25,211 nt of DNA from positions 2,327 to 27,537 of the forward strand of contig CAZFZH010000001.1 of assembly GCA_964522935.1 (NCBI GenBank), in the 5' to 3' direction. Made by a program: the position numbers and the translations under genes. Under the pieces are notes generated by a model, which saw only the letters and a program-made list of their open reading frames with translations, did not search any database and was not told the DNA's origin. Every line of letters starts with the position of its first letter. Within the stretch, counting starts at the first letter, position 1. The stretch is from an uncultured Opitutales bacterium. GTDB taxonomy: Bacteria; Verrucomicrobiota; Verrucomicrobiia; Opitutales; Cerasicoccaceae. Below are positions 17,786-25,211 of the stretch, piece by piece.

Positions 17786-18397
17786 CTACTTTACGTCCTG
17801 TGTGCGGGCGACAGCATCGAGGTAGAGTTCGCGGGCGAGGTTTTTGACAACTTTGGGCAGGAGCTTGTGCTCGGCGTCGTGGACTTTTGCTTCGAGGGAT
17901 TCGAGGGTATCGGCGGGGTCGATGTTGACGGTGGCCTGGTCGATGACGTCGCCGGCGTCAACGTCAGCCGTGACACGGTGGACGGTGCAGCCGGTCTGTT
18001 TTTCGCCAGCCTCCAGTGCGCGCTGAATGGAATTGAGGCCGGGATAAGCGGGCAGTAGCGATGGGTGGAGGTTGACGATGCGGGGAAAGGCCTTGAGGAA
18101 TGGTTTCTTGAGGACGCGCATGAAGCCGGCAAGGACGATGACGTCAGGCACGAGGGCCTGAATGGTGTCGATCCAGTGCTGCTCGGCTTCGCCGGTGAGC
18201 TTGGTCTTGTAGTCGCCGGGTTTGAGGTAGAAGGCAGAGATGTCGTAGCGCGGGCCGAGTTTGAGGATGGGCGCGGTGGGGTTATCCGAGAAGATGCCGA
18301 CGATTTCGGCGAGGCCTAGCTCGCCATTTTGTTGCGCCTGCAGCAGCGCGCGGGCATTGGTGCCTTTGCCCGAGCCAAGTATGACCACGCGTATCAT
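17786..18397 (-). CDS. purN: Phosphoribosylglycinamide formyltransferase
   Basis: GSGKGTN, LAGFMRVL, NLHPSLLP, GCTVH and DVDAG. Confidence 0.95.
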   Translation of the reverse strand: MIRVVILGSGKGTNARALLQAQQNGELGLAEIVGIFSDNPTAPILKLGPRYDISAFYLKPGDYKTKLTGEAEQHWIDTIQALVPDVIVLAGFMRVLKKPFLKAFPRIVNLHPSLLPAYPGLNSIQRALEAGEKQTGCTVHRVTADVDAGDVIDQATVNIDPADTLESLEAKVHDAEHKLLPKVVKNLARELYLDAVARTQDVK

Positions 18398-18520
18398 GAG
18401 AGGTGTGAGAAGTCAGCCTTGCGGGTTCCGGCAGGGATTGCAAGCCCGGGAAATCAGCGATGAAGTCGGAAGAATGAAGGGGAATGAACCGTGTGCCCAA
18501 CACAGGTCGGTACTGCGCAA

Positions 18521-18550
18521 GCCTTTCAGAAATCAGCTTTCACTTTCAAA
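18521..18550 (-). repeat. Three TGAAAG units just downstream of the dnaJ stop
   Basis: Minus strand reads TTTGAAAG-TGAAAG-CTGATTT-CTGAAAGGC. Confidence 0.45.
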
Positions 18551-18558
18551 CATTAACG

Positions 18559-19716
18559 TCAGTCGAACAACTTCTTGGCTTTGTCCCAGAAGGATTCGCC
18601 GACGGGGTTGTCAGCATCGCCGCTGGCTTCGGCGAAGTGCTCGAGGGAGCTGCGCTGCTCGTCGGTGAGTTTCTTGGGGACTTCGATTTGCACCTTGATG
18701 AGCTGGTCGCCGTGGTAGTTTCCACGGAGTGCGGGCATGCCTTTGCTGCGGAGGCGGAAGGTGGTGCCGCTCTGGGTGCCGGGCGGGATTTTCAGGTTGG
18801 CGCGACCGGAGAGCGTGGGCACTTCGATCGTGCCGCCGAGTGCGGCAAGTGTGAACTTGATCGGGATGGTGCAGTAGAGGTCCTCACCGTCGCGATCGAA
18901 AAGTTCATGCTCCTTGACGTGCAGGATGACGTAGAGGTCGCCTGAGGGGCCGCCATTGGAGCCGGCTTCGCCGTTGCCGCTGGAACGGAGCTTCGAGCCG
19001 GTGTCAACGCCGGGCGGAATGTTGACGGTGAGCTTGCTCTCCTGCATCACCCTGCCCTCGCCGTCACATTTATTGCAGGGGTTATCGACGATTTGACCGT
19101 TACCGTTACAGGTTGGGCAGGTCTGTCTCACCTGAAAGAAGCCGCGTGACGAAATGACCTGCCCGTGCCCGTTGCAGGTGGTACATGTTTTGACGCCGCT
19201 GCCGGGCTCCGCGCCACTACCGTTGCAGCGATCGCAGTTCACATACTTGCGGTATGAGATTTCTTTTTTAACGCCCTTTGCGGCTTCATCGAGGGAAATC
19301 TCGAGGTTGTAGGCAAGGTCGTTTCCGCGTTGGGCGCTGCTTCGCGAACCGCCGCCGCCGCCGCCCATGCCGAAGAGGTCCTCGAATATGCTGCCGGCAC
19401 CACCACCGCCACCGCCGCTGCTAAAGACCTCGCGGAAGATGTCGAACGGGTCGTGGAAGCCGCCGCCACCGGGCCTGCCGGCGCCAGCGCCCTCGAAAGC
19501 CGAGTGCCCGTAGCGGTCGTAGGCTGCGCGCTTTTCGGGATCCTTGAGTACGTCATAGGCCTCCGAAACTGCCTTGAATTTTTCCTCGGCTTCCTTGTCG
19601 TCGGGATTCTTGTCGGGGTGGTATTTGACCGCGAGTTTGCGGTAGGCTTTTTTAAGCTCCTGCTCATTCGCATCGCGGGAGACCCCCAGCAATTCATAAT
19701 AGTCTTCCTTGGCCAT
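18559..19716 (-). CDS. dnaJ: Molecular chaperone DnaJ
   Basis: J-domain with HPD, G/F-rich region, four CxxCxGxG repeats and C-terminal domain. Alternative ATG 19734. Confidence 0.97.
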   Translation of the reverse strand: MAKEDYYELLGVSRDANEQELKKAYRKLAVKYHPDKNPDDKEAEEKFKAVSEAYDVLKDPEKRAAYDRYGHSAFEGAGAGRPGGGGFHDPFDIFREVFSSGGGGGGAGSIFEDLFGMGGGGGGSRSSAQRGNDLAYNLEISLDEAAKGVKKEISYRKYVNCDRCNGSGAEPGSGVKTCTTCNGHGQVISSRGFFQVRQTCPTCNGNGQIVDNPCNKCDGEGRVMQESKLTVNIPPGVDTGSKLRSSGNGEAGSNGGPSGDLYVILHVKEHELFDRDGEDLYCTIPIKFTLAALGGTIEVPTLSGRANLKIPPGTQSGTTFRLRSKGMPALRGNYHGDQLIKVQIEVPKKLTDEQRSSLEHFAEASGDADNPVGESFWDKAKKLFD

Positions 19717-19755
19717 GTAATCTGTTCGCGGCATACTCTAGTAAAATTCAACAAT

Positions 19756-19797
19756 TTGAAAGGACGTTTTCAGCCTTTCAACGGCATAAAGGATGCC
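19756..19797 (-). repeat. Two inverted repeats between grpE and dnaJ (TTGAAAGG-N10-CCTTTCAA; GGCAT-N5-ATGCC)
   Basis: Perfect 8-bp arms at 19756-19763 and 19774-19781; 5-bp arms at 19783-19787 and 19793-19797. Confidence 0.5.
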
Positions 19798-19799
19798 AG

Positions 19800-20420
19800 T
19801 TACTCAGCGGGGGCTTCCGCAGGCCCGCTGGAGACGACCACGCTGGCAGCGCGCAGGAGGCGCTCGTTCAGCGTGTAACCCACACGCGTGACGCTGATGA
19901 CCTGGTGGTCGGCGATGGTGTCGTGCGGTTGCTGGGCAACGGCCTCGTGGAGGTTCGGGTCGAAGTCGCTGCCGGGTTCCGGACTCAGGCGCGTGAGGCC
20001 GTGGCTGGACAGCGTCTGCTCGATTTGCTGAACCACGAACTCGAAGCCCTTGGTAACGTTGGCAGCTTCGGGGTGGTTCGCGGCGGAATCCAAGCCGATG
20101 CGGAGGTTGTCCAGCGCAGGCAGCAGATCTTCGATGACGTTCGCGGCGGCCGTGCGGCGGATTTCCTCACGATCGCGGGCCAGTCTGCGGCGCAGGTTCT
20201 CCATGTCCGCCAGCGTTCGCAGATAGCGTTCGCGAAACTGATCGCGCTCGGCGATGAGCGCGTCGAGGCCCTCGGAGATGTCCTGCATGGCGGCATCCTC
20301 TGCCGGTGCTTCGGCGGTGGCCTCCTGCGGCTCGTCCGTTGGAGTCGCTTCTGGCTCGGGCACCGTGTTGGGCTCCTGTGGTTCAGTGGTGGACTGTTCG
20401 ACGTTCTTCTGCTCTTCCAT
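19800..20420 (-). CDS. grpE: Nucleotide exchange factor GrpE
   Basis: RTLADMENLRRR, LLPALDNL, FDPNLHEAV and GYTLNERLLRAASVVVS. Confidence 0.96.
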   Translation of the reverse strand: MEEQKNVEQSTTEPQEPNTVPEPEATPTDEPQEATAEAPAEDAAMQDISEGLDALIAERDQFRERYLRTLADMENLRRRLARDREEIRRTAAANVIEDLLPALDNLRIGLDSAANHPEAANVTKGFEFVVQQIEQTLSSHGLTRLSPEPGSDFDPNLHEAVAQQPHDTIADHQVISVTRVGYTLNERLLRAASVVVSSGPAEAPAE

Positions 20421-20534
20421 AATGAATATTAGCTACAATACCAAACGCCCAGCATTGGGTGATAAAAATGTTTGTCAAAGAAAAGAAGATTTTGTTGTCA
20501 TAACGCCACTAACCTGAATTCAACCTCGCAACCT

Positions 20535-21560
20535 ATGCAAAAAATTTTACTAGGACTGTTCACTCTGCTCTTTGCAGCCGGCCCGCTGTTGGCACAGGAC
20601 ACCATCAAAACGAAATCCGGCGCGACGCTGACCGGGCGTATCATAAAGATCGACAGTGGCACTGTCGAAATGGAAACGGAATACGCCGGTATGCTGAAGA
20701 TCAAGCAGGCGGAGATCACTGGCATGAAGACCGGCAGCGGCATCTTCATACGGCTGGGTGACGGCAACCGCCTCATGGGGGTTATCGAGGAAACCGGCGA
20801 CGGCGGTCTGCTCGTTGACGCAGGTAATATTCAGGCGGAGACCACCGTCGGCGAAGTCAAGAGCGCATGGGTCAACCCTGAGGACGACCCGGAGCGGCCA
20901 ATGGAGCGCAAGTGGAAGTATCAAATCGCAGCGGGCTTCAGCGGCAAGACCGGCAACTCGGAAGCCAAGAGCCTCGACCTGGATGCGAAGGCGACGCTCA
21001 AGGGCGAGAATGACCAGCTGGACTTTTACGGGCGCTACCGCTTTGGTGAGGTTGATGGCAGCAAGGACGTCGACGAGTCCAAGGGCGGCATGCGTTACAA
21101 GCGCGACATCGCTTCACATTTCCTGTGGTATGTTCGTGCCGAACTTGGCCGCGATGACATCAAGGATCAGGACCTCTACACGCAGGCCGCCGGTGGCATT
21201 GGCTACAAGTTCCTGGAAGAGGACAATCACAGCCTTGAGCTGCTCACCGGTCTTGCGCACCGCTTTGAATCCTTTACCGACGGCACAAGCTCCAGCTTCG
21301 CGGCGCTTGATCTCTCCCTGCTGCACGATTATACGTGGGGCTGGGGCTCCATTGACAACAGCATCAATTACACGCAGAGCTTCCAGGAGATGAACGACTA
21401 CATCGTCACGCACGAGTCTGCTGTGGAGTTTCCCATCGCGGACTCTGATAGCTGGAAGTTCCGCGCGGGCATCGAGAACGAGTATGACGGCTCACCCGCT
21501 GCGGGCAATACTCGCCTGGACACCTACTACTTCTCCCAGATCGTCTACTCGTTCGAGTAG
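20535..21560 (+). CDS. DUF481 (YdiY-like) outer-membrane beta-barrel protein with an N-terminal periplasmic domain
   Basis: Signal peptide from ATG 20535; D.I.TKSG.TLTG N-domain; GFSGKTGNSE; amphipathic strands ending in IVYSFE. Confidence 0.8.
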   Translation: MQKILLGLFTLLFAAGPLLAQDTIKTKSGATLTGRIIKIDSGTVEMETEYAGMLKIKQAEITGMKTGSGIFIRLGDGNRLMGVIEETGDGGLLVDAGNIQAETTVGEVKSAWVNPEDDPERPMERKWKYQIAAGFSGKTGNSEAKSLDLDAKATLKGENDQLDFYGRYRFGEVDGSKDVDESKGGMRYKRDIASHFLWYVRAELGRDDIKDQDLYTQAAGGIGYKFLEEDNHSLELLTGLAHRFESFTDGTSSSFAALDLSLLHDYTWGWGSIDNSINYTQSFQEMNDYIVTHESAVEFPIADSDSWKFRAGIENEYDGSPAAGNTRLDTYYFSQIVYSFE

Positions 21561-21562
21561 AA

Positions 21563-22309
21563 TCACTCCGCAGCCATCAACTCCTCGGCGATGTCGTAGT
21601 TGGCCCACACGGCCTTGACATCGTCGAGCTCGTCCAGCTTTTCCTCGAGTTTCAGGATTTTCCTGGCCTGATCGGGCTCGGAGACCGGCACGAGGGAATT
21701 GGGCAGGTAGGCGATTTCGCTGGAGTCGGGAGCGATTTCCTTCTCTTCGAGCGCACCCGCAACGGCATCGTATTCGGAAATCTCGCACAGCACCTCAAAG
21801 TGGTCGCCATTGTTCTTGACGTCCTCCGCACCCGCTTCAATGGCGATTTCCATCAGTTCGTCTTCCGAGCCGACCTTGTCCGCCGCGATGAGAAACTGAC
21901 CCTTGTGCTGGAAATTGAACGCCAGCGCCCCCGGCTTGGCCAGCTCGCCGCCAGCCTTCGTAAATGTCGACCGCACCTCCGACGCCGAGCGGTTCTTGTT
22001 GTCTGTCGTGACCTCAACGATCAGCCCGACGCCACCTGAGGCATAGCCTTCATAGACCAGCTCCTCAAGCTCGACCGAACCATCCTCGCCCGTTCCTTTT
22101 TTGATGGCCGAGTTGATCTTGTCGTTGGGCATGTTGGCGGCCTTGGCTTTCTGAATGCAGGTGCGCAGGCGCGCATTCGCGGAGGGATCGCCGCCGCTCT
22201 TTGCGGCAATCATGATCTCCTTCGCAATGTTACTGAAAATCTTGTTCTTCTTCGCGTCCACCGCAGCCTTGCGGTGCTTGGTATTCGCCCATTTGGAGTG
22301 TCCAGCCAT
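21563..22309 (-). CDS. yebC: YebC/PmpR (TACO1) family protein
   Basis: MAGHSKWANTKHRK, YEGYASGGVG, TDNKNRS and LDELDDVKAVWAN. Confidence 0.96.
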   Translation of the reverse strand: MAGHSKWANTKHRKAAVDAKKNKIFSNIAKEIMIAAKSGGDPSANARLRTCIQKAKAANMPNDKINSAIKKGTGEDGSVELEELVYEGYASGGVGLIVEVTTDNKNRSASEVRSTFTKAGGELAKPGALAFNFQHKGQFLIAADKVGSEDELMEIAIEAGAEDVKNNGDHFEVLCEISEYDAVAGALEEKEIAPDSSEIAYLPNSLVPVSEPDQARKILKLEEKLDELDDVKAVWANYDIAEELMAAE

Positions 22310-22339
22310 ACGTAAATCAAATTCAGGGTTATGCCTGAT

Positions 22340-22369
22340 ATCCTAGACATGATGGCCTGACGCTGTCAA
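22340..22369 (-). promoter_or_regulatory. Putative sigma70 promoter (TTGACA-N18-TAGGAT) upstream of yebC
   Basis: Perfect -35 at 22364-22369 and a TAnnnT -10 at 22340-22345, about 30 nt before the ATG. Confidence 0.45.
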
Positions 22370-22455
22370 TCCGCCTCGTAAGGTCCCGCAACACTGATTT
22401 CCAGCACGGGCAGCACAACCGGCTCGCCTCGAATCGCAGGGAGGGCGTAGACCCG

Positions 22456-23134
22456 CTATTGCTTATCCTGCTGGAGCTGCTCCGACCCAAAAGTGCCCTC
22501 CTCAGCACCGCTCTTGGCAAACTCTTCCGTCTCAAAATGCGGCAGCCACCAAAGCCGGATCGTATCGTCCCTCGACCCGGAGGCCAGCGTGCGACCGTCA
22601 GGAGACCACGCCACAGACCAGACCCAATCGGAATGGCCTTTGAGCGTGACGACCGGGCTCTCGATAAAGAGTGCCGGGGGCAGGACAGCCTCTAGGCGGG
22701 CCGCGGCGACGAGGCGTTCTCGCTCGGCTGCGGCGGCCTGTTCGGCCTGTTGCTCCTTGAGCTCTGCTTTTTTTTGGTCCTGTCCCACCGTCCAATAACC
22801 GATGCCAATAAGGATCAAAACAAACGCACAAACCCCGAGCAGCCACTTCCGAAACGAATTGTTCTCGGAAGTGGGCTTATCTGTATCTTTCGTCTTTAGG
22901 TTCTCCTCGGAAGGTGTCGTGGTTACGGGCTTCAGTTGTTCGCCGACGATGCGTTCCAAATTGGCCAGTTGCTGCGCCAATCCCTCCATGGCCGCGATCA
23001 TATCGTTGAGCTTGTTGACGTCAACCTCCGGCTCCGGCGCTGCTTCGACCGCAGGCTGCATGCTCTCGACAGGTTCACTTTGCGGCATCGCCGCGGGTGC
23101 TTGTTGAGGATTCTCCTCAGGTAATTTCAGACAT
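22456..23134 (-). CDS. Single-pass membrane protein with one WD40 repeat; the likely start (ATG 23134) is out of frame by one base
   Basis: TM segment [18 protein letters not shown]; WD40 [33 protein letters not shown] at 22549-22647. In-frame ATGs exist at 23184 and 23088. Confidence 0.7.
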
Positions 23135-23227
23135 GGCGTTAACTTTCTAAAGTAAAGAATACGCCACAAATGGATACGAGTCATCAGTCCCCGACAAGCC
23201 GAAAATCATTCCATTTGTGGAATCGTT

Positions 23228-24589
23228 TCACTTTTTCCCCATGCCCGGGAAACCGCCGCCCATGCCGCCGCCCATCGCTTCCATCTGCTTCATCATCTTG
23301 CGGCCTTTCGCGCCCTTCATGGACTTCATCATCTTGCGCATCTGCTCAAACTGCTTCAGCAACTGGTTCACCTCCCGCACCTGCATGCCGGAGCCATCCG
23401 CAATGCGCTTGCGGCGACTGCCGTTAAGGATGCGCGGGTTCTGGCGCTCCTTCGGTGTCATGGACTGGATGATCGCTTCGGTATGCTTCATCTTGTCCTC
23501 TTCCGCGTCGCCGATCTCCATGCCACTCATGCCGGGCAGCATTTTCATGATGCCGCCAAGCGAGCCCAGCTTTTTGACCTGCTGCATCTGCTTCAGGAAG
23601 TCCTCCAGATCGAACTCCGCGCGCTTCATTTTTTCGGCCATGCGCGCGGCCTCCTTCTCGTCGATCTCCTCCTGCGCCTTTTCGACGAGGCTCACGACGT
23701 CCCCCATGCCGAGGATGCGCTGCGCCATACGATCGGGATGGAAGAGCTCGAAATCTCCCGGCTTTTCGCCCGTGCCAATGAACTTGATCGGCACCCCGGT
23801 GATCGCCTTCATCGACAACGCCGCGCCACCGCGGGCGTCACCATCGAGTTTCGTCAGCACAATGCCCGTCAGGTTCACCGCCTCATGGAAGTGCTTCGCA
23901 ACATTGACGGCCTCCTGGCCGAGCGCGGAATCCGCCACCAGCAGCACCTCGTCCGGCTTGATTGTGTCCTTCAGCTTAATCAGCTCCTTGACCAGATCTT
24001 CGTCAATCTGCAAACGCCCAGCCGTGTCGAAAATCACCAGACTGGCCTCCTGCTCCTTGAGCGCCCAGTCCATTCCGCGCTTGCCGATCTTCGGCACGTC
24101 CTTGCTCTGGCGATCGGTGTAAACCGAAAAACCCTCACCGCCGGCAAGCGTCTCCAGCTGATCAATCGCCGCCGGGCGGTAAACGTCACACGCGACCAAC
24201 GCCGGCTTGTAGCCGCCCTTGCCGAGGCGCTTGGCAAGCTTCACCGTGCTCGTGGTTTTACCGGAACCGTGCAGGCCGACCATCATGACCTTCGCCGGGC
24301 GCGCCGCCGTGAACTGCTCGCTGCCCTCGCCCAGCAGCTTCACCAGCTCGTCATTGATGACCTTGACGATCAACTGGCCCGGCGCGACATTCTTGATAAC
24401 CTCCTGGCCCAGGCACTGCTCTTTCACATCGCTGATGAACTGCCGCGCGACCTTGAAATGGACGTCCGCCGACAGCAGCGCCTGCCGCACCTCCTTCAGC
24501 GCCTCCGCCATATTCTCCTCGGACAACTTCCCCACGCCGCGCAAATTCCGCACCGCCTGCGTCATCCGATCCGTCAAACTCTCAAACAT
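23228..24589 (-). CDS. ffh: Signal recognition particle protein
   Basis: MFESLT N-domain, [40 protein letters not shown] and Met-rich M domain. Confidence 0.97.
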   Translation of the reverse strand: MFESLTDRMTQAVRNLRGVGKLSEENMAEALKEVRQALLSADVHFKVARQFISDVKEQCLGQEVIKNVAPGQLIVKVINDELVKLLGEGSEQFTAARPAKVMMVGLHGSGKTTSTVKLAKRLGKGGYKPALVACDVYRPAAIDQLETLAGGEGFSVYTDRQSKDVPKIGKRGMDWALKEQEASLVIFDTAGRLQIDEDLVKELIKLKDTIKPDEVLLVADSALGQEAVNVAKHFHEAVNLTGIVLTKLDGDARGGAALSMKAITGVPIKFIGTGEKPGDFELFHPDRMAQRILGMGDVVSLVEKAQEEIDEKEAARMAEKMKRAEFDLEDFLKQMQQVKKLGSLGGIMKMLPGMSGMEIGDAEEDKMKHTEAIIQSMTPKERQNPRILNGSRRKRIADGSGMQVREVNQLLKQFEQMRKMMKSMKGAKGRKMMKQMEAMGGGMGGGFPGMGKK

Positions 24590-24682
24590 AGCCAGTTATT
24601 CTTTAACCTCGCTTCGCCAAAATCAAACGCAAATCCTGCTCTCGCTTTACTTCCTACTTTTTCGTTCTACGTTTAAAATTTT

Positions 24683-25211
24683 ATGCTCAAGAGCAACATC
24701 AGGAAACGGCTACTGTGGCTAGAACTCATCGCCCTGTTTGGCGTGGTGCCGCTGCTGGTGTGGCTTGACCCGTTTTCGACGCGTGGCGGTGTGTATCTGC
24801 TGCCGGTAGTTCTTTGCGCGGCGATCCTTTACTTCGCAAGCGCCCGCAAACACCGTATAACCCCGCGCAGGGGCTACCGCCTGCGAGACACCCTCCTGAC
24901 GGCTATTGTGACTGCCGTGCTGATGGCGGTTTGCATCCTGATCTGGATACCCGAAAACTTCCTCTACCTGCCACGCGAACGCACCGGCCTGTTTTTCCGC
25001 ATCCTAATTTTTTATCCGCTGCTGTCAGCCTCGATACAGGAGTTCATTTACCGCCAGTTTTTCTTTGCGCGCTACCGTTCGCTGTTCGCCAGCGAAACAC
25101 ATCTGCTCTGGGTGAACGTCGCCTGTTTCTCCTGGCTGCACATTGGCTGGGGCTGGCTGGCGACCGTGCTCTGCATCCCTGCCTGTTACCTGTTCGCCAC
25201 AACCTATCTGA
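24683..25211 (+). CDS. CPBP/Abi family intramembrane metalloprotease, 3'-truncated by the window (not in the ORF track)
   Basis: Manual translation from ATG 24683 is open to the window end: MLKSNIRKRLLWLELIALF..YPLLSASIQEFIYRQFFFARY..NVACFSWLH. It is multi-TM with QExxxR and FxxxH motifs. Confidence 0.8.
   Translation, partial: MLKSNIRKRLLWLELIALFGVVPLLVWLDPFSTRGGVYLLPVVLCAAILYFASARKHRITPRRGYRLRDTLLTAIVTAVLMAVCILIWIPENFLYLPRERTGLFFRILIFYPLLSASIQEFIYRQFFFARYRSLFASETHLLWVNVACFSWLHIGWGWLATVLCIPACYLFATTYL

Noticed and set aside
18398-18558. ZTP (pfl) riboswitch upstream of purN
   Set aside because: Small hairpins are present, but the conserved GACUGGCG and CGCCUGGGC-type segments are not; an Infernal/Rfam scan would be decisive.
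19340-19420. GCC/ACC triplet runs
   Set aside because: They encode the normal Gly-rich region of DnaJ.
22310-22455. SRP RNA or another ncRNA near ffh/yebC
   Set aside because: No SRP domain IV motif was seen; the region is partly explained by a promoter.
23483-24676. 397-aa plus-strand ORF
   Set aside because: Antisense shadow of ffh.
1-25211. CRISPR array, IS/integrase, prophage, defence system, tRNA/rRNA
   Set aside because: No regularly spaced repeats, transposase/integrase motifs or RNA-gene signatures; coding genes fill nearly all of the window.

Overview
Mostly housekeeping DNA from a GC-rich bacterium. Gene content and style suggest Verrucomicrobiota/PVC, but this is inference only. 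About 27 CDS: partial glnE, tail-specific protease, a sulfotransferase-like gene and an ABC-ATPase-like gene (both motif-degenerate), then a long minus-strand run (TPR, secreted hypothetical, pgsA, LolA-like, FmdB zinc ribbon, TPR, MBL hydrolase, ribD, SLOG/'MoCo carrier', accB, accC, Asp23, AmaP-like, thiE), followed by metG, purN, dnaJ, grpE, a DUF481 beta-barrel, yebC, a membrane protein with one WD40 repeat, ffh and a partial CPBP protease. I found no rRNA, tRNA, CRISPR, IS or phage features. Best leads: (1) an accB-accC-Asp23-AmaP-like module in an apparent diderm; (2) two tandem intact ORFs that look like pseudoenzymes, each preceded by a TGACA..TGTCA inverted repeat; (3) a lone WD40 blade in a gene whose natural-looking start is out of frame; (4) an in-frame TAA in glnE; (5) a SLOG protein coupled to ribD; (6) a short TGAAAG repeat recurring just after stop codons. 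All family calls come from motifs read by eye, with no database searches.
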